In this document: one piece after another, positions 40,400 to 51,383 of the stretch
Layout of the letters: every line of letters begins with the position of its first letter
How positions within the stretch are numbered: position 1 is the stretch's first letter
Source: a virus
Direction: 5' to 3' (one strand)
IMG/VR virus record: IMGVR_UViG_3300048838_001273
Span: 1 to 64,000 of that record
DNA: 64,000 nucleotides
The notes under the pieces: model-generated
Told to the model about the DNA's origin: nothing
What the model saw: the letters and a program-made list of their open reading frames with translations, nothing else
Database searches by the model: none
Program-made: the position numbers and the translations under genes

Positions 40400-43177
40400 T
40401 TATCCTTTTAATTTACAGATTTCTGCTTCTAATTTATTAATTTGTAACTGTTGTTCTTTAATTGCTTCAATTAATACCGCAGTTAATTTTCCATATTTAA
40501 GACCTAATTTATCGTCACATATACCATATTCGAAATCATCTTCATTTGGTTGACTATGTGATACAATCTCCGGTAATATTTTTTCAACATCCTGTGCAAT
40601 AAGACCCATATTTCTTTCACGTTTTTCGTCACAGCAAAGATTATAATAAACACCACATAATTGATTTATCTTTGATAAAGCATTCGATATTGGTATTATA
40701 TTTTCTTTTAATCTACAGTCAGAAGTTGCTACCCAATCAGGTGCACTACCACAAGTACTTGCATACACGATACCTGTTACACATACACCATTGGTTAGTG
40801 TTCTAATTTTCTCACTACCGTCATATCTTAATGATACACAGCTATTTGGTGCAACGTATACCTGTAAATCAGTACCTGCATAAAGACGAACATCTCCCGT
40901 ACTAACACCTGCATATGAGCAAATCCATACACTGCCACCACCATATGCACTACCACCACAAATATACACATTACCACCAGTTGCAGTACCAAATGCATCA
41001 CCACCACAAATATATGTGTGTCCACCAGTACCACTGGAACTACCACCACTGCCACCACGAATAGTGACAGCACCACCAGCAGAAGTACTTGCACCCTGAT
41101 TACCATCAATGCTTAATGCAGAGCCAGTAGTTGTTGAAGCCTGATTGAAATATATACATCTTGCTGCACCTGTTTTTAACCTAATATCAGTTGCACCAGT
41201 AATTGTTGAACCATTATAACATAATATATCGTATTGTGCAAGATTTGTTGTAACATCAATAGGTGCACACCATTCGCCAACTCCAGTTGATGTTGAAGTC
41301 AAAACAGAACCTGTTGCTGCACCAGTTGTTAATTGTATTACGGGTGTGATTACACAAGTCGTTACACACGAAATTCCATTTGTATATGTATTACCATAAA
41401 ACACACCCCCCCAACAACCCACAGGTAATGTCGTAGTCCAACCACAACTTGGTGCTATACCAACAATACCTGCACCATCGTTTGTACCTAATAATTGACC
41501 TATTACACCATAATTATATCGGCTGGTTTTACCACCAGCTAATGCCCAAACACCGTGCGAACGACCACTTGAAGAACCAGCAGTATAATATGCATCAATA
41601 TGTGCACCATAGTTTCCACCACCCGTAGTACCACCTTTATTTAAAATTCTTAATCCATAATTTGTTGTAGTGCTACCAGACCAACCATAAATTCTAACCG
41701 CCTCACAGTCGTTTGTTGATTCGAAATGAGCATCGATATTTACATCAGAAACATAATTGGTTTCATTTACTCTTATTTTTGGTGTTTTAACACATGTTGT
41801 TCCACAAGTAATTGGTGCTGCTGCGCAAGTTACCCCACAAACAATAGGACTACAAACATATGTTGTGACATAATGAACACCACTTGTAATTGTTCCTATT
41901 GATGTTGTACTAAATCTAAGGGTCGTACCATAATGTAATGCAACACAACCACAGTCATCATCTCCGACACCACCATATATATTAACAACACCACCACAAA
42001 CTTCATTATAAAATCCGTCACAATAAGAAGCATTTCCACCATAAATATTAACATTACCACCACATGCGGTATCTGCAAAACAAACAATACCAGTTCCTGC
42101 ACAAATATTGACATGACCTCCACAACCACAACCAACCCCACTATCATCTTCATTATATCCAGTACCTGCAATAATGTTAACTGCACCACCAGCAACATAT
42201 CCACTATCATCACAATAATAACTAATATCAGTGCCCCTTAAAGTAATTGGATTTGTTATTGGGGTTGTTAATGCTGCCATACATATCGTTCTTGCAGCAG
42301 TACTTTGAAATACAATATTTCCAGCAACACCCAATACGCTACCATCAAACGTTAAATTAGGCTCTGCACAAATATCACCACTTGCGTTTATATATGTTGT
42401 TATGGCATTATCAGTTGTTCCACTTACAGCAATTCCTCCACCTGCGGGAGTTTGCCATGTTGCATTACCACTTGCATCTGATACTAAAACACAACCAGCA
42501 GCAGCACCTGTTTGAACTTGTAAGGTATCAGTAACTAAATTACCAGTTACATCCACACCAGTTGTGGTTGTTATTAATTTTGGAGAACCATTATATCTCA
42601 ATGATGTTGTACCACTCCTTGTCATTAAAAGTGGTGTTTGATGTGATGAAAAATTGCCTTGAACAGCACCTGTATCAAAATCATATCTTATATCATCGCC
42701 ATCGTAAACGAGTCTAAAATATGTTCCAGCATCACTTTGATGAAATACCATTGGAACAGCAGCACTCGATATTCTCACACAACCACTTGAACAAATAATT
42801 GGCGAACAAACACAAGTACTTGCACAAATATCACCAGTTGCTTTTAATGAAGAACCATTAAAGGTTAGATTTGGTTGTGCACAAATACCACTAACACTCA
42901 TATAAGTACCAATAGCATTAGATGTACTACCACTCCAATTAAGCATACCACTTCCACCACCACTTGTTTTTTCAACAAGACAACCATCAGCAATACCATC
43001 CTTAAACCAGTATTCGACAACACTACCACCAACATTAACACCAACAGTTAAACCAGTTACACGTGTACCTGCTGTATTTGTAAGAGCATCTGCGCAAGAT
43101 GCCCACGGACCGTACCTTGCATCTACATTCGATAATGCATTTATAGGTTGTATTCCAAAAGGAAGATTTAAACTCAT
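40400..43177 (-). CDS. Tail fibre/spike with C-terminal intramolecular chaperone (peptidase S74)
   Basis: 'SDCRLKENI...L.GV.Y...GLIAQDVEKILPEIV...Y.KLTAVLIEAIKE'. Confidence 0.85.
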   Translation of the reverse strand: MSLNLPFGIQPINALSNVDARYGPWASCADALTNTAGTRVTGLTVGVNVGGSVVEYWFKDGIADGCLVEKTSGGGSGMLNWSGSTSNAIGTYMSVSGICAQPNLTFNGSSLKATGDICASTCVCSPIICSSGCVRISSAAVPMVFHQSDAGTYFRLVYDGDDIRYDFDTGAVQGNFSSHQTPLLMTRSGTTSLRYNGSPKLITTTTGVDVTGNLVTDTLQVQTGAAAGCVLVSDASGNATWQTPAGGGIAVSGTTDNAITTYINASGDICAEPNLTFDGSVLGVAGNIVFQSTAARTICMAALTTPITNPITLRGTDISYYCDDSGYVAGGAVNIIAGTGYNEDDSGVGCGCGGHVNICAGTGIVCFADTACGGNVNIYGGNASYCDGFYNEVCGGVVNIYGGVGDDDCGCVALHYGTTLRFSTTSIGTITSGVHYVTTYVCSPIVCGVTCAAAPITCGTTCVKTPKIRVNETNYVSDVNIDAHFESTNDCEAVRIYGWSGSTTTNYGLRILNKGGTTGGGNYGAHIDAYYTAGSSSGRSHGVWALAGGKTSRYNYGVIGQLLGTNDGAGIVGIAPSCGWTTTLPVGCWGGVFYGNTYTNGISCVTTCVITPVIQLTTGAATGSVLTSTSTGVGEWCAPIDVTTNLAQYDILCYNGSTITGATDIRLKTGAARCIYFNQASTTTGSALSIDGNQGASTSAGGAVTIRGGSGGSSSGTGGHTYICGGDAFGTATGGNVYICGGSAYGGGSVWICSYAGVSTGDVRLYAGTDLQVYVAPNSCVSLRYDGSEKIRTLTNGVCVTGIVYASTCGSAPDWVATSDCRLKENIIPISNALSKINQLCGVYYNLCCDEKRERNMGLIAQDVEKILPEIVSHSQPNEDDFEYGICDDKLGLKYGKLTAVLIEAIKEQQLQINKLEAEICKLKG

Positions 43178-43189
43178 ATTATCTATTTT

Positions 43190-44554
43190 TTAACTAACAG
43201 TTATTGCATGCGTTGTTGATGTTGGGTACGGTGTATCGGCTTGCATTGCATATAATTTATATGTTCTATCATTATTTCCAGCATCCTTAACAGTAAAAGA
43301 ACCATTAATTAACGCATATTCACTCGTAATATTTAAATTCAAGTTACCTGTATCTATTACAGATGTTATTGATTTCGTACTTGGTATAGCAACAGCAAAA
43401 ATCTTATTTACAGTACCAGTTGTGAGGTTAAAACTATTTACAGTTGCAAAGTTATTATTACTTAAACTCCTTACATCTGTTGAGGTAGTTGGTACAGCAG
43501 TAGTACTACCCCAGAATTGTTTTAATACTGGTGTGATTGTTCTTGTTGGGGAACTAACAGTACCTGCAACAATTTTACCTGTTGGGTCTGGAATACCAAG
43601 ATTATTATCTTTAGTTACACCACATGCATAACTCACTTTTCCAACATATGATATTGCAGATGTAATGTTGGTATCAGTAACTAAATTATTCATATTATTT
43701 GAATAATTACTACCATTACGACATAATTCATATCCGGTTGCAGTACCTGCATCGTTTTGGGTGAAACTTATGTTTGCAGTCGCATTGGTTACAGTAGCAC
43801 CCATTTCAACTGTCTGAGTTAATCCGGCAGTTAAATTAGCTGTTGGTGCTGTATATACAGGAGGTTCTGCAATAACACCTAATATTTGATTTATAACAAT
43901 TGCAATGGCTTGATTTTGAACTGGATTAGTACTACCAGTATTTAATTCAGTATCAACTACAATGCTTGCAGTATCGCCTGTGGTAATTATGTACCCGGCA
44001 TAAGGTAAAACCCAACCACTTGTGGTTGAATCTGCCAATAACATCGCTTTACTTATGTGAGTATCACCAGTAGGTTCTGTTGCAGTCAATAAACCCGGAG
44101 TACTGTCACTCAAGAAATATGTTGTACTTTGAACCAATGAAGTTAAACCAGTTATATAACCAGCCTGTGTTAATTCGAACGCATTGATATTTGGAACACT
44201 ACTGACTATACCCAGAACTTCACCATCATATGTTCCATCAGCGATTGCTTTATTATATGTGCCACCTGACCAACCTATAACATCCTGAACACTAAACCCA
44301 TGTGAAGATTGGCTAATTTGTTTTTTTATTGCATCACCGGAAGCCGAAACATTTATTTCTTGCCATGTTGCAACACCAGATGCATCGGAAACCAAAACTT
44401 TTCCAACACCAGCACCACCACATATACTTAATGTAGCACCGTTTTCAATATCAAGTTGTCCGTAAATTTGAGTACAACCTGATAAATTCATCACATCACT
44501 AACACATTGCTCAAATTTACAACTATTTAGATTCGGTTTTGTATCTATTGCCAT
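43190..44554 (-). CDS. Tail-associated protein (paralog family A)
   Basis: N-terminus 'TKPNL...FEQ....LSG' shared with 51384..52433 and 53947..55104. Confidence 0.65.
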   Translation of the reverse strand: MAIDTKPNLNSCKFEQCVSDVMNLSGCTQIYGQLDIENGATLSICGGAGVGKVLVSDASGVATWQEINVSASGDAIKKQISQSSHGFSVQDVIGWSGGTYNKAIADGTYDGEVLGIVSSVPNINAFELTQAGYITGLTSLVQSTTYFLSDSTPGLLTATEPTGDTHISKAMLLADSTTSGWVLPYAGYIITTGDTASIVVDTELNTGSTNPVQNQAIAIVINQILGVIAEPPVYTAPTANLTAGLTQTVEMGATVTNATANISFTQNDAGTATGYELCRNGSNYSNNMNNLVTDTNITSAISYVGKVSYACGVTKDNNLGIPDPTGKIVAGTVSSPTRTITPVLKQFWGSTTAVPTTSTDVRSLSNNNFATVNSFNLTTGTVNKIFAVAIPSTKSITSVIDTGNLNLNITSEYALINGSFTVKDAGNNDRTYKLYAMQADTPYPTSTTHAITVS

Positions 44555-44635
44555 TACATTAAAATATTATTTTTGAATTAACATTATTACTTAAAGATAA
44601 ATACTCAAAAACTAATACTTAGTTCGGGTTTACGG

Positions 44636-44672
44636 AAAAAAAATAAACCCGTTGGTATCAATGGGTTTATTT
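44636..44672 (-). terminator. Intrinsic terminator
   Basis: AAATAAACCC...GGGTTTATTT inverted repeat with U-run. Confidence 0.65.
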
Positions 44673-44700
44673 AAACTATAAAAATGGCTTTTTATTTGTT

Positions 44701-45612
44701 CTACTTTTGTTTGTTCACGGCTTCAATGATTTTATTAATATCAAATACGTTAACTGTATCGTAGGGGAACTGCTGTATCTGTCCACTAATGTCGAATTGG
44801 TCTAAATAACTGAACTTATTTAACTCCCGGACATAATTTGCATTGGGTTGAACATTAATATGGTCTGGATATCCAAACACTTCGGGTTTATTTCCAATCC
44901 AAACAACGGTGCTTTGTAAATCCAGTGCAGCAGCAACATGCTGTGCAAAACTATCAATAAATAATCTCTTTGTACTTAATGGGAATACTGCATAAAGTTC
45001 CCTATAAGGAAGCGTTAATTGTTCCACTCCCTGTAACACGGGTTGCTCCGGTGACTTTATATGTAAAATTCTATACGATTTTGCAAAATAACTCACGAGT
45101 TTTTGTGCAATTTCAATTGGCATATCCCTATACCATGATTTCTTTGAATATTGCCCCGTAGGAGACCCACCATGCGTTTGTAATAACATAATTGGTCTGT
45201 TATCCGGTTTTATCTTATCCCTCGCTATTTCGAGTTCTCTGGGGTTTAAATAGATTTTTGGTTTTATGCCATCATGAGGGATACCATACATATCACACCA
45301 AGATTGTGTAAGATGCTTTCTTTGTAAAATATGGTCTTCGGTATGATAAACTTCTTGTCTTAAAATTATTGTATCCTCTTTTACATAATCATCAAAAAAA
45401 TACTGCATTTGACCAAATGTGTAAAATCTATATACATCTGGATTATAAAAGAACGGACCGTCCCATGCCGTTACAACAATCAATTTTCTATCTGGATATT
45501 TTTTCTTTATTGCCCTACAAACTGCAGTAGCCATCACTTGTTTACCATGTCCACCCTCTGTATGAAATATAACAAATTTATCTTCTTTTTTTATTGAACC
45601 ATCATTTTTCAT
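44701..45612 (-). CDS. Glycosyltransferase, GT9 (heptosyltransferase)-like
   Basis: 'EGGHGKQVMATAV.RAIKKKYPD', 'FIDSFAQHVAAAL....VVW' (GT9 D-S/T-x-x-x-H motif). Confidence 0.7.
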   Translation of the reverse strand: MKNDGSIKKEDKFVIFHTEGGHGKQVMATAVCRAIKKKYPDRKLIVVTAWDGPFFYNPDVYRFYTFGQMQYFFDDYVKEDTIILRQEVYHTEDHILQRKHLTQSWCDMYGIPHDGIKPKIYLNPRELEIARDKIKPDNRPIMLLQTHGGSPTGQYSKKSWYRDMPIEIAQKLVSYFAKSYRILHIKSPEQPVLQGVEQLTLPYRELYAVFPLSTKRLFIDSFAQHVAAALDLQSTVVWIGNKPEVFGYPDHINVQPNANYVRELNKFSYLDQFDISGQIQQFPYDTVNVFDINKIIEAVNKQK

Positions 45613-45695
45613 GAACAAAATATTTATTTTATAATTATAATTTTTTATACTTTTTTATAAATACGAAACTAATTCAAAAAATCCCGATTTACAAG

Positions 45696-45731
45696 AAAAA
45701 AAAATGGGAAACTTTTGATTTCCCATTTTTT
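45696..45731 (-). terminator. Intrinsic terminator (possibly bidirectional)
   Basis: AAAATGGGAAA...TTTCCCATTTT inverted repeat flanked by A and T runs. Confidence 0.7.
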
Positions 45732-45747
45732 GTAAAAATTGTCGTTA

Positions 45748-48700
45748 TTAGTTAACGAAAGAGAAGACGTACCATGAACCCAAAGCAGCATTCCAAACAA
45801 TTTCAAGTGCACCACCATCTGTGTTGATTAAAGCTGAGTTTGTGCTATTATCAATCTCATCACCAACAGCAGGTGCAATCTCAATAGGATAACTCATTGC
45901 AGCACTTGCAGCATCTTTAATTCTGAACACCTGTCCATCAGTTATTGTTGAACCGGAAGGTAAGGTAATTGTTATACCACTTGTTGGTGAATTAACTAAC
46001 TGTACGTATGTACTACCAGATGTTAAAGTAACATTGGTAGTTACGACTGTCATTGCGTAGATGTTATTCTTATCACCAAGTTCTGAACCACTAACGGTTC
46101 TTACTTCACCACCACTTGTTCTTACAAGAACACTATCGCTTGTTGAACCAGCAGCAGGTGTTGTTGCTAAACAAACAGAACCATAAATTGTTGTATTTGA
46201 ACCACTTAATGTGATAACACCAGTATCAAATGTTGCGCAAGTATCACTATTAGTAAGTTTAAGAGCACTACCTTGCATATCAACACATGAACTACCGTTT
46301 TCGATTTGAACGCAGTCACTTGCAGGTGTTAATCTAATAAAGTTCGTTGAACAAGCATCTAATGAAATGACATTTGTTGAACCATTGACACTTATAGAAG
46401 AGTTGCTTGCCGAAACATCACCAAGGGTAACGTTTCCACTTGTTGAAATATCCAAACCAAATCCACCTGCACTTTCACAAACTCTAAAGGATTTATCAGC
46501 AACATTAATTGTTGTGTTTTCAGTTAATGTACCACCAAGACAAACAACACCACTGGTATTTGTTAAACCATTTGTGAATGTAACAGCACTCACTGAAATT
46601 TGAGAATCAACATATTCTTTATCAACAAGTGAACGGTCAGTAAATGTTCCATGATAACAAGTAGCATATTCAATACCTGCTTCAGAACCACTTCTACCAT
46701 CAGTCCAAACAGCATTACCACTACCATCAATAGTTAAATTACCAATTGCAGTACCTAATAAGATTTTACATATGCTTGATTGAATATTAATATCACCACT
46801 ATTTGCTGCTGGTGGTGTTGCACCTGCTGTATAAATATTAACATCGGTATTATAACCATACAAACAAATACCATCCATTGGATGGAAAACAATATTTTTA
46901 TCGTTTGTACCAGTATTTTCACCAATAATTACAGTACCATTAGAGCAAACATGTAAACCAGTGTCAACCATACCACCACCAGTGGTTACGTTAAAACTAT
47001 ATGTAGTATCAGTACTAATACCAGTATTTTCAGTTAAATTACCACCAAGACAAACAGCACCACTGGTTAATGTTAAACCATTTGTGAATGTTGCAGCACT
47101 CGCTGAAATTTGTGAATCAACATAACACTTAGAAACGAGCGAATCATCTTGGAAAGTCAAACTATAATCAGCAGCGTATTGAATACCATAACCATTTCCA
47201 CTGTTATCAGTGAAGATATTACCAGCAGCAGTAAGACAAAGCACACCACTATCGCTTGCACCTATTTCAACTTCCTCGCTTGAATTAGCAAAAATGTGTA
47301 TACCATTACCTGCCGTTATATTTGTATTATTTGTTACTATATTAAGAGGATTTGCATTGAATATACCGCCATTCATCGGTCCTAAACAAATATAACCAGA
47401 ACTTTCATCAATATTACCTAAAATCGGCTGACCATCAGCATCAATACATAAACCAGTACCACTACCATTATCAATAGTGAAACCATAAATTCCAGTCATA
47501 TCAATATAGGTATTTTCAGTTAATTGACCACCAAGACAAACAACACCACTGGTATTTGTTAAACCATTTGTGAATGTAACAGCACTCGCTGAAATTTGTG
47601 AATCAACATAACATTTAGAAACAAGTGAATTGCCAACAAATGTTAAGCTATAATCGGCAGCATATTCAATACCCGTAGTACCAAGACTTGTAAATACTGT
47701 ACAGCTACCATCCATAAGTAAAGTATCAGCACCTGATTTAAGTGTAATACATTGGTCATTCTCCAATCTAATACATGTATTGGTTTGACAAAATTCTTGT
47801 ACACCCGAACTGACAAAATTTGATGTGCAACCACTTGTCAATTTAAACGAATTATTACACATGCTTATATTTACACAAGTATTATCAACATCAATCTCAG
47901 AATTACCATTATATAAACTAATTAATTTTGTTGCTGGGTCAATGTATACCTCAGTTGTTCCATCACCAATTGTCAAATTAAATGTACTTGGATTGATTGT
48001 TGTGTTACCTGTTAATGTACCACCAAGTTTAACATCATGTGCACCTGATTTACTTAAACCGTTTGTTGCACCAGTCACATAATCAGCTTCGATTGTATCG
48101 AGTCTTGAATCCAAACCACTCGTTAAACCAGTTACATAACCAGCGTCTACAAGTGAACGTGCAACAAAACTTCCACTATAATTATCACCATAAATAACAC
48201 CTTGTTTTACTGTGGTACTACTATCGATAATTCTTAAATTAGTACCTTCCACAATTGTTATATCTGTTGCTTGACATAATGAACCACCAAGACCAACAAC
48301 ACCTGTGGTATATTCAGTTAAACCATTTGTTACACCTGAAAGTACACCACCTAATTGTGTGTTAATATCACTAACATTTACGTCAATAACACCTGCACTC
48401 CAATCTAAAGCGTTACCTGCAATTGCTGAATTTACTGTTAATCCGGTTGACAATAATTGTAAACCTGAATTATCTGCTAAATCAATTTTTAAATCGCCAC
48501 TACTAAATTCAAGACCTGAGTTACTTGCCAATTCAACATTAATTTCTTTGGTCTCTCCTGTGGTATCAATTCTAATACCATCACCAGCACTTACATCAAG
48601 TAATTGTGAGAATTTAGTAAACACTAAATCTGTTAAACCTAAAGTAATTGGGTCTTTTGAAATAAGTATCCAAGAACTATTAATATTTGTACTACCACTT

Positions 48701-51351
48701 AATACTGGTATTAATGCACCCTCACTTACTTCACCATCAGGACTATCATCAAAATCTGATGAACGTGTCCAAGTACCACCAGAATTAACAATATAAATAC
48801 CGTTTTCAGTTTCATCTGTTTGGTCTTTTACAAGAACCCTTTCACCACCAAGAAGCGATATACCATCAATTGTTTCTGTTCCACTTAAATCTAAGTTAGA
48901 ACCTGTTGTTGCTACCAATACTGCTGATTTTGGGTCTAAACCTGCTGCAACAGTATCTACATATAATTTTGTCACAAGTGAACTATCTTGGAAAGTTGTA
49001 CTATAATCTGTAGTATAACGTAAACCTCTTAAATCACTTGTGGTTATTGTACCACCAGAAAGTGACATTACTAAATTAGCGTCACTTGTAATTTCAACAT
49101 TTCCTGATGTATGAACATCAAGTAAATCTAATTTACTACCTGAAGTACCTAATGATAAGTCAAATGCACCAGTAATTTCAGTATCTTCAGTTAATGCACC
49201 ACCAAGAATAGCATTTTGTCCATCAGTACTTAAACCGTTTGTAGCACCAGTAAGACCACCAAGTGAACTTAAAGTAGTTTTTGAAATCGAACCATCAGAC
49301 GGGTCAAAAGTAAGTACATCACCAGCAAAGTTTGCGGGAGTTGTTTTTAATCTAACCTCACCAGTTAAATTAACGCCTGTACTACCAGTTAAATTAGCCT
49401 GATTAACATTAATATTTAATGTTTGTGAACCGTATATTGTTGTGGTTTCAGTTAAAGCACCACCAAGTTGAACATCAACACCATCAACATTTAAACCATT
49501 ACTTGCGGTTACACCACTTGCAGCAACTAAATCATCAACATATTGCTTTGTAACAAGAGTACGGTCAAGGAAAGTACTTTCATAATCTCCACCATATGTT
49601 AAACCGGAATTGGTTATATTAACACATTTTCCCTGACGATGAACTAATTTAAAATCGTTTCCACTGTTGGTTAAATAAATACAAGAACCATTGAAATTCA
49701 ATATTGTACCTAATGAACTAAATTGACTTGTTGCTGTTCCAGAGTTAAAATTAAGACTTCCAGAATCCAAGCAAATAGTTGTATTAGCAGCTAAAGAACC
49801 ACCAAGACACACATTTCTACCTGTTTTACCTAAACCACTTGTTGCCCCCGTAACTGCAATATCTGTAACTTCTTCAATATCATCAAGTCTTGTATCAGTT
49901 GCACCACTCCATGTTTGAAGGTCATCAATTTCACCTTCAATACCAATCAATCTCGTATTTGTAGTACCTGTATATGAATTGAAAGTAGTTATTGCTAATT
50001 TAGTATCGGTTTGACCACTTAAATAGTCGATGTCATCCTCAATACCTTCAAGTCTTGTATCGGTTGTTGCAGTATATCCAGTGAAAACATCTGCATCGAG
50101 TTTATCATCAATATTTTCAACCTGAATTACTTGTGCATCGGTCAAGTGATTATATTCACCTGCAGTACCACCCTGAATTCCACCTAAATCATTGTGAGTT
50201 GCAACACTCTGTGTTACAAAAACCTGTTCATATGCAGAGTCTACTTCAACAATTGTTGAATTACCTTCTTGTACAATAACTCTTGCACTAAGAGTTGCAT
50301 AACCTGAAACAACTGGAGGTAATGCTGCAGGTGGTGTTGCAAGTTGCGCTTGAGTTAAGCCTGAATACTGATTTGTATCATAAACAACATGAATACTACC
50401 ATCATGAACCACATATACCCAACGAATTGTATAATATCCGGTACTTAAAGAAGTAACAGAAGTACTATTTTGGTTATAATTTGTATTATTTATATTACCA
50501 CTTGTAATATTTGGAGCATTCCAAGTACCTGCAATTCTATACCATTCTCTGAAATCATCGGTTATACTATCAAAATCTTCTGTGGTAAATCTATTAAGAA
50601 CTTCTGCCCATAATACACCTGCACTAACTTGAATAGTTAAACCTGAAACACTTGTTGTAACCAAACCGCTTGCTCTCTGAACACCATAAACTTGGTCACC
50701 ATATAGGTGAAGTCTACGATTAAGATTCCAAAGATTTTGTCCACAAAGTCTAATGATTGTAAGATTCAACGTATCGTCATGAAAAACTCTACCTAAGTTG
50801 AAATTGTCATTACGTTGAATTTGTGCTTCATTTGTACTTGCTTTAATTTGCTTATCAACTGCATCATAATAAATATATGAATATCCATCTGCAATTGCTA
50901 AGTTTGATACAGCATTCCAAGTAACATATCTGTTTTGTGCAGTATCACCAGTACCATCTTTAATCAAACCTGTACCTGCTGCTACGTTTACACTTGCACC
51001 CACTCCTTGTGTTATCGTTCCACCACTGATACGACCTGCTGATTCAACGGTATCATACCATGTTTTTAAATTTAAACCTGTTTCAGTTGTACCTGACATC
51101 CAGACTTTATCATATGTTGCTGTAGCATCAGTTGAATTATCTTTAGGTACGAGGTCACCATTACCTATACCGTCTTTGTACCAGTATTCCTCACCAGCAA
51201 TATTTACTGTTAAGCCAGTATATCTCAAGTTACTTGCTATTGCAGCATTTGCTGTTGAAACATCAGCATATGGTGTTAAATTATTAAGATATCTTGCATC
51301 GGTTGGTTTCCCAGCAAGTACTTGTATGTTATCATTTAAATTAATTGCCAT
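45748..51351 (-). CDS. Very long tail fibre-like protein (paralog family B)
   Basis: 1867 aa; repeated 'NGL.......LGG.LTENT.I' modules, 'ERVLVKDQTDETENGIY'; N-terminus shared with 40400..43177 and 52528..53934. Confidence 0.75.
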   Translation of the reverse strand: MAINLNDNIQVLAGKPTDARYLNNLTPYADVSTANAAIASNLRYTGLTVNIAGEEYWYKDGIGNGDLVPKDNSTDATATYDKVWMSGTTETGLNLKTWYDTVESAGRISGGTITQGVGASVNVAAGTGLIKDGTGDTAQNRYVTWNAVSNLAIADGYSYIYYDAVDKQIKASTNEAQIQRNDNFNLGRVFHDDTLNLTIIRLCGQNLWNLNRRLHLYGDQVYGVQRASGLVTTSVSGLTIQVSAGVLWAEVLNRFTTEDFDSITDDFREWYRIAGTWNAPNITSGNINNTNYNQNSTSVTSLSTGYYTIRWVYVVHDGSIHVVYDTNQYSGLTQAQLATPPAALPPVVSGYATLSARVIVQEGNSTIVEVDSAYEQVFVTQSVATHNDLGGIQGGTAGEYNHLTDAQVIQVENIDDKLDADVFTGYTATTDTRLEGIEDDIDYLSGQTDTKLAITTFNSYTGTTNTRLIGIEGEIDDLQTWSGATDTRLDDIEEVTDIAVTGATSGLGKTGRNVCLGGSLAANTTICLDSGSLNFNSGTATSQFSSLGTILNFNGSCIYLTNSGNDFKLVHRQGKCVNITNSGLTYGGDYESTFLDRTLVTKQYVDDLVAASGVTASNGLNVDGVDVQLGGALTETTTIYGSQTLNINVNQANLTGSTGVNLTGEVRLKTTPANFAGDVLTFDPSDGSISKTTLSSLGGLTGATNGLSTDGQNAILGGALTEDTEITGAFDLSLGTSGSKLDLLDVHTSGNVEITSDANLVMSLSGGTITTSDLRGLRYTTDYSTTFQDSSLVTKLYVDTVAAGLDPKSAVLVATTGSNLDLSGTETIDGISLLGGERVLVKDQTDETENGIYIVNSGGTWTRSSDFDDSPDGEVSEGALIPVLSGSTNINSSWILISKDPITLGLTDLVFTKFSQLLDVSAGDGIRIDTTGETKEINVELASNSGLEFSSGDLKIDLADNSGLQLLSTGLTVNSAIAGNALDWSAGVIDVNVSDINTQLGGVLSGVTNGLTEYTTGVVGLGGSLCQATDITIVEGTNLRIIDSSTTVKQGVIYGDNYSGSFVARSLVDAGYVTGLTSGLDSRLDTIEADYVTGATNGLSKSGAHDVKLGGTLTGNTTINPSTFNLTIGDGTTEVYIDPATKLISLYNGNSEIDVDNTCVNISMCNNSFKLTSGCTSNFVSSGVQEFCQTNTCIRLENDQCITLKSGADTLLMDGSCTVFTSLGTTGIEYAADYSLTFVGNSLVSKCYVDSQISASAVTFTNGLTNTSGVVCLGGQLTENTYIDMTGIYGFTIDNGSGTGLCIDADGQPILGNIDESSGYICLGPMNGGIFNANPLNIVTNNTNITAGNGIHIFANSSEEVEIGASDSGVLCLTAAGNIFTDNSGNGYGIQYAADYSLTFQDDSLVSKCYVDSQISASAATFTNGLTLTSGAVCLGGNLTENTGISTDTTYSFNVTTGGGMVDTGLHVCSNGTVIIGENTGTNDKNIVFHPMDGICLYGYNTDVNIYTAGATPPAANSGDINIQSSICKILLGTAIGNLTIDGSGNAVWTDGRSGSEAGIEYATCYHGTFTDRSLVDKEYVDSQISVSAVTFTNGLTNTSGVVCLGGTLTENTTINVADKSFRVCESAGGFGLDISTSGNVTLGDVSASNSSISVNGSTNVISLDACSTNFIRLTPASDCVQIENGSSCVDMQGSALKLTNSDTCATFDTGVITLSGSNTTIYGSVCLATTPAAGSTSDSVLVRTSGGEVRTVSGSELGDKNNIYAMTVVTTNVTLTSGSTYVQLVNSPTSGITITLPSGSTITDGQVFRIKDAASAAMSYPIEIAPAVGDEIDNSTNSALINTDGGALEIVWNAALGSWYVFSFVN
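46517..47622 (-). repeat. Three dispersed ~100-nt near-identical coding repeats
   Basis: Copies at ~46517-46613, ~47027-47136 and ~47513-47622 encoding 'YVDSQIS.SA.TFTNGLT.TSG.VCLGG.LTENT'. Confidence 0.8.
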
Positions 51352-51383
51352 TTTTTCTTGTTTTTATATTTTCCGTTTTATTA

